A stretch of 64,000 bases of DNA from Candidatus Saccharicenans sp. Its GTDB lineage: Bacteria; Acidobacteriota; Aminicenantia; Aminicenantales; Saccharicenantaceae. Under the pieces are notes generated by a model. That model ran no database searches. It was not told where the DNA came from and worked only from the letters and a program-made list of their open reading frames with translations. Positions 10,330 to 19,359 of this stretch are shown piece after piece (the first letter of the stretch is position 1; each line of letters opens with the position of its first letter). The DNA is taken from positions 10,897 to 74,896 of the forward strand of contig JARYMJ010000002.1 in NCBI GenBank assembly GCA_029907135.1, written 5' to 3'. The translations under genes and the position numbers were made by a program.

Positions 10330-13300
10330 TCAGGTGGCTTTACCAGGTGAGTTGCCCAGGGAACGGACGGCACCCGTGGGAACTTTCAGGATAGCGGCCA
10401 CGTCCTTTTCGCTGAGCGGCCGGTCTTCCGTGATGAACTGGTAATCGAGCATGTTGTCCGTTATCAACCCGGTCCGCAGCCGGTTGACTTCGGACAGGGA
10501 AGCGCTCCAGCCCTGGAGCCAGGCCTCGAGTTCCTTGCGCTGGCGGGCGTTGCCGGTGAAATGTATGGCCAGCCTTATAGGCTGGTCGAGGACCTCGGCG
10601 TCGTCTTCGGCGGTCTCGATGAGATAGACGCCCTTGACGTTCCACTTCTGTTCGCGGCAATGGCGGGCCAGCCCCTCGGCCAGGCGTAACCGCCAGAGGA
10701 AGATATCTTCCGCATGGCGCAGGACCGCGGCCTGGGAGGACTGGGCCCGTAACTCCAGGCCGGGACTGGCAAAGAAGGCCATGGCCAGCTCCTGCTCGGC
10801 GTTCATCAGCACCTTCAGCACCTTGCCGCCCGTCGAGTCGGGCACGGAGATGACCCTGATGGTATCGGCCAGTCCGGCGTATTCCGGCAGCAGGGAAACA
10901 AGCTGGTTCTGGGCCGTCTTGAAGAAGGACTCGTTGAATTTGACACCAGGGTCGTCGGGGTAGAGCGGCAGATAGCGGATTCCGGCCTCAACCAGGTCCT
11001 GGAAGAAGTGGGTGCCGAAGGAGACCTCGGGCACGTAGTTACCCTTCTTGCGGGCGACCTCGATCAGCATGGCGGCGTTGTTTATTTCCGAGTAGGTCAC
11101 CCGCACGCCCAGCTTGATGTCGCCCCGGCTGCCCCAGCGGCCGGGCCCCATCAGGATGAACCGGCGTCGGGGCAACAGCTTGTTGAGCCGGCCGACCGCC
11201 TCGCCCACGGCGTAGAGCTCCTGAAGCCCCGCCAGTTCTCCATATTTATCAGGGTCAACATAGACGATGTGAGTGATGTTATTCACGTAGCCGTTAGAGA
11301 TGAACTTCCTGGCCGTGAATAAGACGGCACTGTCCGGAATGTTGGCCGGTATCTCCATGGCCGATTCTTCCTCGGCATGGCTCTGGGGTCGGCACTGCAA
11401 CAGGTAGAGCTCCTGGCCATCGAAGGCGAATTCTATGTCCACCGGAAAGCCGAGGGCCGACTCGAGCGTCTTGAGGATGGCCTCCATCCGGGCCATGAAG
11501 GGGGTCGAGCTTATCAGCCCGTCAAAGGTAACGACGGTGTCGGCCTTCCTGATGTCGGTGGCGTAGCCCATGGGCCTCCGCAGCAGACCATCGCTCAGGA
11601 TGGAGAAGACCTTGGTGAAGGCCGGGTAGTCTTCGCCAACCTCGGCCAGCAGCTCCTTGATGTCCTTGGTGACGAAGCGGTTGGTCTCAAGGTCGATGAG
11701 GTCAATTTTCTTGGGCGAATAGCGGACGGTCTCGTCAATGGAGACGTTAACGCGCAGGTTGGGCTGGCCGGGCGCTACCAGGGCGGGGTAGTCGTCACTC
11801 AGCCGGTCCACCGCCCTGGTCCCCAGCCCGGGCACGAGCCTGAGCAGCCCGTCGTCCCGGCGGATGCGCGGCGACCAGCGGAATTCATTGCGGCTGAAGC
11901 CCACCCCGGCGAAGGCCGGGAAGAAGTACCCGCCTACCTTCTGCCCGACCACCGACTGAATCATGATGCCCATTTCCTCGTAGAAATCGAGCAGGCCGCG
12001 TTCGGCCCGGTACTGGATGGGGTCGGGGCTGAAGATTGAGGCGTAGACCTCGGCAATGGCATCAAGCAAAGCGTCGAGCCGCTCTTTCTTGCTGCCGCGG
12101 TTGGGCAGGAAGAGGCTCTTGTATTTGCCGGCAAAGGCACTCCCCAGCCGGTCTTCGAGCAGGCTGGAACTCCTGACGATAAGCGGGACCTCGCCAAAAT
12201 CGTCAAGGGCGGCCGACAGGCCGTGCACGATTTCAGGCGGAAAGGCTGAGTTCTTGAAAACGTGGATGAGATGAGGGTATTCCTGGCGGACGACCTCGAT
12301 GTCCTTATACTTCTGTTCGATGACTTCGTCCAGGTTGTTGTACTGAACGAAGGCGATCAGGCCGTCGGACGGGATGTACCAGGTCCTGGGCTTGGTGACA
12401 TTGCCGATGATCTGGTTGCGTCGGGCGGCCTGGCGCAGGATGCGGCAGGCCAAGAACAGGCCGGCACTCTTGCCACCCAGCTTGCCATGGCTGCCCGTCG
12501 GGAAGACGATGCGCTCCATGAGGTCAAAGAAGTCCTCTATCTCTAGGTACTTCTTGGCCACATTGATGAACTCGAGCTGCTCGGTGAAGAAGCGACGGAT
12601 GAGGGCCACGCGGACGCTGTTGGCCGTGGAGCGGGGAAGATGAATACCTTCCGGGGCCAGGCGCTTGATACGGCGCATGGACTCCAGGACCTCGGACAGG
12701 TCGGCGTAGATGTTCTCTAAGCTGGCCACCGCCGCGCTCAGGCGGTCCTCGTTAATCCATTTCTGGATGCGGGTCAGGATCTCCTCGTCACTCAGGTTGG
12801 CCGAGGCCAGCCGGAAGGTTTCCTCGGACAGACGCAGGAAGCGGTCCATGGATTCCCGGCTGAGCGGTATGTTGGCGTCGCCGGGTGCGCCATTGGCCGC
12901 CCGGTCGGAGCTGAACCTCTGGAGCAGCTCCCGGGCCTCGGTGACGCCCCGCCAGCCGAGGTAGTTCATCATCTTCCTGGAAATGCGAATCAGGAGGTTG
13001 GGGTCGGTGTTGCTGAGCAGCGACAGGGCGATGCGCCAGCCGGCCTTTTCCGGCAGGACGTCCTGTCGCTCGCCCCTCATCTCGGCGAAGACCTGGCGCA
13101 TTCTCTGGTGCAGGATGTAGTGGCCGATGCGCTCGGCGATGGTGTCGGCCAGCTTGATCTCACCCTTGAGAAAAGGTCCGCAGTCGGCTTCCGGGACGGG
13201 TTTCTTGTAGGAGATACATAGCCGGCCGACCGGCGTGTCCTGGACGCGGATATCGGCACAATAGGTGTTCGGTGTCTCCTCATAGTCGGGCGACTCGAAG

Positions 13301-13515
13301 ACCTCCGTGCCGTAGGTTATCCGGGCCTGGCAGCAGTCTGGATACTGCCAGCCCGGTGGAAGGGCGGCAATGAGGCGCCGGAAGACCTCTTCCAGCGGCA
13401 GGTCGTAGTTGCTGAGGATCTCTTCTACCGTATAAAGGCAGTTGAGCTCCTTGACCCGCTCGTGCAGGCTGGCGAAAATGGCCTGAGCCGAGTTTGGGGT
13501 TTGCTGGTCAGCCAT
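10330..13515 (-). CDS. Large PEP/pyruvate-binding (PPDK_N-type) domain protein, PEP-synthase-like. It lacks a recognisable phosphohistidine swivel domain.
   Basis: PEP-synthase N-domain motifs are present (GKLGGKSAGL; VRSSSLLEDRLGSAFAGKYKSL, cf. PpsA VRSSATAEDLPDASFAGQ). No TSHAAI-type mobile His motif occurs anywhere. A GGAGGG RBS lies 8 nt before the ATG at 13515; the longer ORF (GTG/ATG at 13554) was rejected. Confidence 0.8.
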   Translation of the reverse strand: MADQQTPNSAQAIFASLHERVKELNCLYTVEEILSNYDLPLEEVFRRLIAALPPGWQYPDCCQARITYGTEVFESPDYEETPNTYCADIRVQDTPVGRLCISYKKPVPEADCGPFLKGEIKLADTIAERIGHYILHQRMRQVFAEMRGERQDVLPEKAGWRIALSLLSNTDPNLLIRISRKMMNYLGWRGVTEARELLQRFSSDRAANGAPGDANIPLSRESMDRFLRLSEETFRLASANLSDEEILTRIQKWINEDRLSAAVASLENIYADLSEVLESMRRIKRLAPEGIHLPRSTANSVRVALIRRFFTEQLEFINVAKKYLEIEDFFDLMERIVFPTGSHGKLGGKSAGLFLACRILRQAARRNQIIGNVTKPRTWYIPSDGLIAFVQYNNLDEVIEQKYKDIEVVRQEYPHLIHVFKNSAFPPEIVHGLSAALDDFGEVPLIVRSSSLLEDRLGSAFAGKYKSLFLPNRGSKKERLDALLDAIAEVYASIFSPDPIQYRAERGLLDFYEEMGIMIQSVVGQKVGGYFFPAFAGVGFSRNEFRWSPRIRRDDGLLRLVPGLGTRAVDRLSDDYPALVAPGQPNLRVNVSIDETVRYSPKKIDLIDLETNRFVTKDIKELLAEVGEDYPAFTKVFSILSDGLLRRPMGYATDIRKADTVVTFDGLISSTPFMARMEAILKTLESALGFPVDIEFAFDGQELYLLQCRPQSHAEEESAMEIPANIPDSAVLFTARKFISNGYVNNITHIVYVDPDKYGELAGLQELYAVGEAVGRLNKLLPRRRFILMGPGRWGSRGDIKLGVRVTYSEINNAAMLIEVARKKGNYVPEVSFGTHFFQDLVEAGIRYLPLYPDDPGVKFNESFFKTAQNQLVSLLPEYAGLADTIRVISVPDSTGGKVLKVLMNAEQELAMAFFASPGLELRAQSSQAAVLRHAEDIFLWRLRLAEGLARHCREQKWNVKGVYLIETAEDDAEVLDQPIRLAIHFTGNARQRKELEAWLQGWSASLSEVNRLRTGLITDNMLDYQFITEDRPLSEKDVAAILKVPTGAVRSLGNSPGKAT

Positions 13516-13583
13516 AAAACGCCGCCCTCCTTCGACCCGGCCAGCCGCGGCCAATCACCGTGGCTCCAGGCCCTTTATTGTCT

Positions 13584-13616
13584 GGTCCGTCTCCCCCGCT
13601 CTGGGGGAGACGGACC
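13584..13616 (-). terminator. Perfect 14-bp GC-rich hairpin (GGTCCGTCTCCCCC-GCTCT-GGGGGAGACGGACC), 18 nt downstream of the gdhA stop. It has no U-tract.
   Basis: The inverted repeat is read directly. No T-run follows on either strand. Its function (terminator, attenuator or processing site) is uncertain. Confidence 0.35.
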
Positions 13617-13633
13617 GAAGCTGCGCTTCCGGC

Positions 13634-14920
13634 TCAGACCCAGCCGCGTTCCTTGCAGGCGTTAGCCACGCGGCTGACTGAAATGACGTAGGCGGCGTCG
13701 CGCATGTAGAGCTTGCGGTTGCGGGCGAGCTCGCTGACGGCCTTGAAGGCCGCGGTCATCTTCTCGTCCAGTTTCTGGAGGACTTCCTCCTTGGTCCAGA
13801 AGTAATTCATGTTGCACTGAACCTGCTCAAAGTAGCTGCAGGTCACGCCACCAGCGTTGGCCAGGAAATCGGGGATGACGAAGATGCCTCTCTTCTGGAT
13901 GACCTCGTCGGCCTCCAGGGTGGTCGGGCCGTTGGCCCCTTCGGCGATCAGCTTGACCCTGGGTTTGATTTTCTGGACCGTCTCAGCATTGATCTGGTTC
14001 TCCAGGGCGCAGGGCAGAAGGATGTCGACATCCTGTTCGATCCAGGCTTCGCCAGGCAGGCGCTCGTAACCAAGAGCCTCGGCCTTGGCTTTGTCGATCG
14101 TCCCGAAACGGTCGGTGATGGCCAACAGCTCCTCAAGGTTGACCCCGGTTTTTTTCTTGTAGGTGTAGGAGGTCTGGTCGGCCTGGTCCCAGCAGGCAAC
14201 TGCGATAACCTTGCCTCCGAGCTTGGTGTAGAGCTGGATAGCGTACTGGGCGACGTTGCCGAAGCCCTGGACGGAGGCCGTAGTCTGAGCTATCTTGAGG
14301 CCCATCTCAGTGAGCGCTTCCCGGACCGTGTAGATCAGGCCGTAGCCGGTGGCCTCGGTGCGGCCGAGGGAACCGCCAAGACCCACGGGCTTGCCGGTGA
14401 TGAAGCCGGGGTATTTGGCGCCGTGGATGGTCTCGAACTCGTCGAGCATCCAGAGCATGTGCTGGGGGTTGGTCATGACGTCCGGGGCCGGCACGTCGCG
14501 CAGCGGGCCGACGTCATGGGCGATAGCCCGGATGTAGCCCCGGCAGAGCCGTTCCTGCTCCCGCGGGCTGAGGTCGTGCGGGTCGCAGATGACCCCACCC
14601 TTGCCGCCACCGAGCGGAATGTCCACGACTGCCGTCTTCCAGGTCATCCACATGGACAGGGCCCGAACGGTGTCTATGGTCTCCTGGGGATGGAAGCGGA
14701 TACCGCCTTTACAGGGACCGCGGGCGTCGTTGTGCTGGCAGCGGAAGCCGCGGAAAATCCGGACGCTGCCGTCGTCCATCCGGACCGGGATGGAGAAATG
14801 ATACTCCCGCATGGGCTGACGCAGGAGGTCTCTAGTCGGCTGGTCGAGGTCCAGCAGGTCGGCTACCTTGTCGAACTGCTTCTGGGCCATTTCGAACGGG
14901 TTGAAGCCTTTTTGAGCCAT
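13634..14920 (-). CDS. gdhA: Glutamate dehydrogenase (Glu/Leu/Phe/Val dehydrogenase family).
   Basis: GDH active-site region (KGGIRFHP ... DIPLGGGKGG). NAD(P)-binding GxGxxG in the C-terminal half. 428 aa. Confidence 0.9.
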   Translation of the reverse strand: MAQKGFNPFEMAQKQFDKVADLLDLDQPTRDLLRQPMREYHFSIPVRMDDGSVRIFRGFRCQHNDARGPCKGGIRFHPQETIDTVRALSMWMTWKTAVVDIPLGGGKGGVICDPHDLSPREQERLCRGYIRAIAHDVGPLRDVPAPDVMTNPQHMLWMLDEFETIHGAKYPGFITGKPVGLGGSLGRTEATGYGLIYTVREALTEMGLKIAQTTASVQGFGNVAQYAIQLYTKLGGKVIAVACWDQADQTSYTYKKKTGVNLEELLAITDRFGTIDKAKAEALGYERLPGEAWIEQDVDILLPCALENQINAETVQKIKPRVKLIAEGANGPTTLEADEVIQKRGIFVIPDFLANAGGVTCSYFEQVQCNMNYFWTKEEVLQKLDEKMTAAFKAVSELARNRKLYMRDAAYVISVSRVANACKERGWV

Positions 14921-15521
14921 TATGTAACTCCTTTTTTATGAACAAGATATTATTGCAGGCGGTGCCGGCTGAGAAAGGCACCGGCCGCAAGATGATATTG
15001 TAGTTAAGCCGGCCGTAAAAGGCAAGCCATCAGGGGGGATAGAATGAGAATTTAATTTTTGCAGGCGTTAAAGAGCGCCTCTTTGCTTCAATTTTCCCGC
15101 CTATTCATTGCCTGGGAGGACAGATGGCGTCTCAAATAGAGGCCAACAGGATGGACGAATTGCTTATGACCGGTCAGAACCCGTCTGGGGGGATAAAAAA
15201 ACATCCAAAATTATAAAACTTTCCCCGCCGGTAGCTGCGGTCACCAACACCGCTGGGGCCAGCGAGCGGCTGAAAGCAAAAGGCATCTGAGTAGAGGTAA
15301 CAGACAGAGAAGCCGGCATTAACCAGCCTAACAACATTTAAATATAATTAAACCGCTCAGCAGCCACTTCTTTTGGCCGATAGGCCGATTAGGCCAGCAG
15401 CCTATCTCCGATTCAATCAGCCTCAAAAAAAGTTTTAAGGACAGGAGTTTTTTACCGGAAGACATTCACCCGGAATTATGGCGAAAAGCTCTTGCCAAAA
15501 GGTAATAACCCGAGACCTCAG

Positions 15522-17159
15522 TCACGAGTTCATCACGCTGTCCAGGAAGATCTTTTCTATGTCAGGCACCGGCACCTCCTTGATGGTTTCAGCCACAGTT
15601 TCGTCGCTTAATAGCGATTCTAGGTTGAGGCCGGCAAAATAGCTTAAATTCTTGCTCCGGACCTCCTCTCCCAGCAGTTGATTGATTCTCTCGGCCAGGG
15701 TCGGGTGGTTCTTAACTGCCTGAAAAAGCCGCCAGGCTGATTTGAGCTTTTCTATTTCTCCGGTGCAGATAATTTTCCCCTTGTTTATCAGAACCACTTC
15801 ATCACAGACCTTTTCCACTTCGGGCAGCAAGTGAGACGAAAGGAAAATGGTGGCGCCGCTGGCTTTAAGTTCCAGGATCAGATTTCTAATTTCATACATT
15901 ATTATCGGGTCCAGACCGGTGTAAGGTTCATCAAAAATCAGAAACTCGGGCTGACCGATGGCCGCCACTCCGAAGGCCACCTTCTGGACTGTTCCCTTGG
16001 ACAGAGTTTTTAGGCGTCGGTCGAGATGTTCGCTCAGTCCGAGCTTTTCGGCCAGGCTGACGGCCAGATGGACCGCCTGGTCCCGGCTCAGCCTTTCATT
16101 TCGGGCCACCAAATACAGGGTTTCCCTGACAGTTAGAAAGGGATAAAGAGCCGCTGTTTCCTGCAGGTAGCCGATCTTCAATTTTTTCCCGGGCTTGTTT
16201 TCAAGTTTTTCTGGAAAGTATTCCACCCGGCCGGCCTGGGGCTTTAATAAATTCAGGATAATCTTCAGAGTGGTAGTCTTGCCCGCTCCGTTAGGGCCGA
16301 GAAACCCGGTAAGTTTTCCGGGCTTGATGATAAAATCCACCCCCCGCAGAGCCTCTTTGTCCTTCCTTCTTAGGAAGCCCTCCCGGTAAGTCATTTTCAA
16401 ACCAGACACTCGGAGGAGCATTTCGTTTCTGCTTTCAGGGCGGCCAAAAACCAGTTTGTGCTTGCTGGCCATGGAGGAGAATAGCCAGAAAGCCCAGAAG
16501 ACAAAGCCGGCCGAGGCCAGCAGCAGGAGAACCGTTTGCCAGGTTAGCATCTGGGCCCAGCCGGGTACGAGAAGAAGCCAGGCCGCACCTTTAAGACTGA
16601 GTTTATCAAGGCCGCCGCTTTTCATGAACTCCAGCATCTTAAGAAATTTTTCGGAACAATAAATAGCAAAGGTCTGAACCACCAGAACGGCCACAAAGTT
16701 CATAACCCCTTTAAGCTGGGTAGCCAGGAAGAATCCCACAGCACTGAGATAGATAGTTAAAACCAGGCCACGGCCCAGAATTATTAAAATCTGGCCGGCA
16801 GAAGACCATTCTTTGTTGATGGCCAGGCTGACCAGAGAAGCCGACCCGACCACGGCATAAGCCAGCAAGACCAGAACCACCACTGCCGCCAGCTTCCCCC
16901 AGAACAGGCTGGAAATTCTGAACCGGCTTAGGAATGCCTCAATCTGTCTGGAATCAAACTCGTCGCGTATCAGCCCTCCACTCAGGAGAATAGCCAGAAA
17001 GCTGAAAGCTAGCCCCAGACTGCCGGCAGCTTCTGCAGGAGAACCGGCCAGAAAGGCCAGGTACAGGCAATAAAGCAGATAAACTGAAATGATAATTGCG
17101 GCCATAATATTGGTCCTGAAAATTCTTTTCCAGGTTAATTTGATAATTTCTCCGATCAT
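15522..17159 (-). CDS. Fused ABC transporter: an N-terminal about 6-TM permease domain plus a C-terminal ATP-binding cassette.
   Basis: Walker A (GPNGAGKTT). Signature/Walker B (LSKGTVQKVAFG ... LIFDEPYTGLDP). Hydrophobic N-terminal 240 aa. Confidence 0.8.
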   Translation of the reverse strand: MIGEIIKLTWKRIFRTNIMAAIIISVYLLYCLYLAFLAGSPAEAAGSLGLAFSFLAILLSGGLIRDEFDSRQIEAFLSRFRISSLFWGKLAAVVVLVLLAYAVVGSASLVSLAINKEWSSAGQILIILGRGLVLTIYLSAVGFFLATQLKGVMNFVAVLVVQTFAIYCSEKFLKMLEFMKSGGLDKLSLKGAAWLLLVPGWAQMLTWQTVLLLLASAGFVFWAFWLFSSMASKHKLVFGRPESRNEMLLRVSGLKMTYREGFLRRKDKEALRGVDFIIKPGKLTGFLGPNGAGKTTTLKIILNLLKPQAGRVEYFPEKLENKPGKKLKIGYLQETAALYPFLTVRETLYLVARNERLSRDQAVHLAVSLAEKLGLSEHLDRRLKTLSKGTVQKVAFGVAAIGQPEFLIFDEPYTGLDPIIMYEIRNLILELKASGATIFLSSHLLPEVEKVCDEVVLINKGKIICTGEIEKLKSAWRLFQAVKNHPTLAERINQLLGEEVRSKNLSYFAGLNLESLLSDETVAETIKEVPVPDIEKIFLDSVMNS

Positions 17160-17963
17160 ACTTCACCCCCACTCTGGTTATTATTTAGACAGAAACCCGG
17201 ACTCTGTGGCAAAGGTACCGGCAGAGGGAAAATATTGGACCGTCACCGGCAGCCCGAAAAAGAAACCAATAAATTTTCTGGCCTAATAGCCTCCCGTTCT
17301 TCCTGCTGGAATTCATATTCTTTGTTTTTTTTATTTAATACTTCAGCCATGGCGAAAATTCAAGGAAGTTTCTGCTGGGCTTTCTGGAACCCGGTGTACT
17401 GTGGCCTGTGGCTGAGAATATTTACTTCATTTTGACCAGCTAAGAGTATAGAAGAAGCTGAAAGTGACGAAGAAAAGGCCGTGAAGTAAGCCTCAATCTG
17501 TCCCCAACTTTTGACAGGCTGCAGTTCTTTATTGAACCCACCCTTTTGCCGACACCCCCTGTGATTCCCGAATTCAATCAACCCAAATTCCTTGACCGAA
17601 GAATCAACAGCCGCCGCTCCTTCTACTCCTCCAGCGATGTTCCGCATCTCTCGGGTAATCTTCCAGACAATAATCTTACTGGTTTCATTTAAAAAGACGT
17701 GAAAATACCGCTATTTTTCTCATCCTCCTATTTTTTTCCTTCAGACGGCCATTATCAACTTATCCGGCTGGAGAATGTCTTGTGTGGCCAGACATCACCA
17801 GTAAATAAAAGTTGACAGCCAGCCTGATCCGGGTTAACAAAAGTTATCGAGGCCAGCCTTGGCCTGAAGCGCTCTGGCTGAGACTGCCAGCAGGAGATCT
17901 GGCACCGGACTTGCTTTACTGTTTGACGATGCCTGACGGCAGAACAAAAAAAAGGAGGTTAAA

Positions 17964-18209
17964 ATGAAAAACCAAGCCTTAATCAAGTCAATGGCTGTGG
18001 TCGTACTGTTCATGGCCCTCGTTTCTCTGGCTCCGTCGGTGGCCGCAGCCGTGGATTCCAGCAGCTCCGGGGACTCGTCCACCAAGTGCTTTGCCCAGTT
18101 CGAGAAATGTATGAATTCGACCAGAATTGGCATCCTTAAATCCTTTATCGATGCCCTGGATTGCGAGCTGGAACTGGCTGCCTGCATTAAAAATGCCCTT
18201 AAATTCTGA
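17964..18209 (+). CDS. Small secreted cysteine-containing peptide precursor (81 aa; signal peptide plus an about 52-aa mature region with 4 Cys).
   Basis: A strong SD (AAGGAGG) lies 8 nt upstream. Signal peptide (AVVVLFMALVSLAPSVAAA). Cys spacing is C-x7-C ... C-x6-C. Confidence 0.55.
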   Translation: MKNQALIKSMAVVVLFMALVSLAPSVAAAVDSSSSGDSSTKCFAQFEKCMNSTRIGILKSFIDALDCELELAACIKNALKF

Positions 18210-18222
18210 GGACTCCAGGACC

Positions 18223-19359
18223 ATGAACACCTTCTGGCGACAGGACCAAAAACCAGGGAGAGAGCCCTTCCGGGGGCTCTCTTCCGGGCCATTAACTGAT
18301 ATTCAAATTCTGGCTATCACCGGTCTGGCCATAATCTTCTTTTTAACTCTGGTCCTGAATCCGCCTGAAGCGGGAGCAGGCGGTCAAGGAAAGAAGATTG
18401 TGGAACGGATTATTCCCCTGGTTGAAGATAAAGGGCTGGCCCAAAGCGAGGATCAGAATTACCTCTTCAACTATCCTTCCGGCCTTGATGTCTGTTTCGA
18501 ATCAGTCTTTGTGCTTGATACCATGAACGACAGGATCCAGGTTTTTGACCTTCAGGGGAGTTTCAAACATTCGATCGGGCAAAGGGGGAAAGGTCCCGGA
18601 GAATTCAACAGTCCCGAGGGCTTTTTTGTCGAGGTCGAAACCAGAAAAATGTATGTGGCTGATACCAGAAATTTAAGGCTTCAGGTACTTGACCTGGCAG
18701 GAAAAGAAATAATTACAATGAACCTGCGCTTTGCACCGGCAGGAGTGGTGGCCAGAAAAGAGCGGATCTATTTGCTAGCTTTTCCCGGCAGTTCTCTGGT
18801 GCTGAAGAAAGAACCACTGATAAAAACATTCGGAGCCGATCTTCAGCCCGGAGAAGGTTTGCTGGAACCCATCAAGACCAATGACCTGCTAATGAACATG
18901 ATGGCTAATTCGATTCTTCTTAAAAAGGATCGTCAGGGCAACCTGGTCTGTGCCCGTCAGTTCGGCCTTAACCAGGTCCTGGTCTTTGATGAACGGAACA
19001 GATTGAGCCGCAGCTTTGAAATACTTTATAAGGGCAGCAATCTGGCCAAACCCGGAGTAGACCTTAAGCTCAAAAGCGACCAGGATGTCCAGAAAGTCGC
19101 CTTCATAGTCGCCGACCTGGCTTTCGATTCCAGGAACAATTATTATTTCCTGGCCGGCCTGAGCGGGTTACAGGCTGATGGTCAGCCCGAAAAAAGCAGG
19201 GAAATTTACAAATATGACCAAAAAGGCAACTACCTGGGGACCATCATTCTCCCGGACCAGGCCAGGTTGATAGCCTTCGGCCCGGATGATTCTCTATTCC
19301 TGGTTGACGGAAATTTTCAGCTAAGAAAATTCAAAATTCGTGGAGGCCGCCGCCAATGA
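18223..19359 (+). CDS. Membrane-anchored NHL-repeat (6-bladed beta-propeller) protein.
   Basis: An N-terminal TM segment (ILAITGLAIIFFLTLVL) is followed by NHL repeats (NDRIQVFDLQGSFKHSIGQRGKGPGEFNSPEGFFVE ... MYVADTRNLRLQVLDL). The start is at the ATG 13 nt after the peptide stop; the alternative longer ORF overlaps the peptide gene. Confidence 0.7.
   Translation: MNTFWRQDQKPGREPFRGLSSGPLTDIQILAITGLAIIFFLTLVLNPPEAGAGGQGKKIVERIIPLVEDKGLAQSEDQNYLFNYPSGLDVCFESVFVLDTMNDRIQVFDLQGSFKHSIGQRGKGPGEFNSPEGFFVEVETRKMYVADTRNLRLQVLDLAGKEIITMNLRFAPAGVVARKERIYLLAFPGSSLVLKKEPLIKTFGADLQPGEGLLEPIKTNDLLMNMMANSILLKKDRQGNLVCARQFGLNQVLVFDERNRLSRSFEILYKGSNLAKPGVDLKLKSDQDVQKVAFIVADLAFDSRNNYYFLAGLSGLQADGQPEKSREIYKYDQKGNYLGTIILPDQARLIAFGPDDSLFLVDGNFQLRKFKIRGGRRQ

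Noticed and set aside
10340-13283. Several long antisense or alternative-frame ORFs within the PEP-synthase-like gene (for example 11377-12039 +, 10340-10660 -).
   Set aside because: They are typical GC-rich shadow ORFs. Their translations are Arg/Pro/Gly-rich low-complexity sequence without motifs. The sense-frame protein has clear domain motifs.
14950-14985. Sigma54-type -24/-12 promoter for gdhA (GGCAC ... TGCA on the minus strand).
   Set aside because: The GG-to-GC spacing is 10 nt instead of the required 12. The match is therefore poor.
15108-15290. 60-aa ORF in the gdhA upstream region.
   Set aside because: It has no RBS and no conserved features. The region is better explained as regulatory or non-coding.
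17360-17647. 95-aa minus-strand ORF, the largest ORF in the 0.8-kb gap.
   Set aside because: It has no RBS or signal features, and its amino-acid composition is unremarkable. It may be a gene remnant at best.
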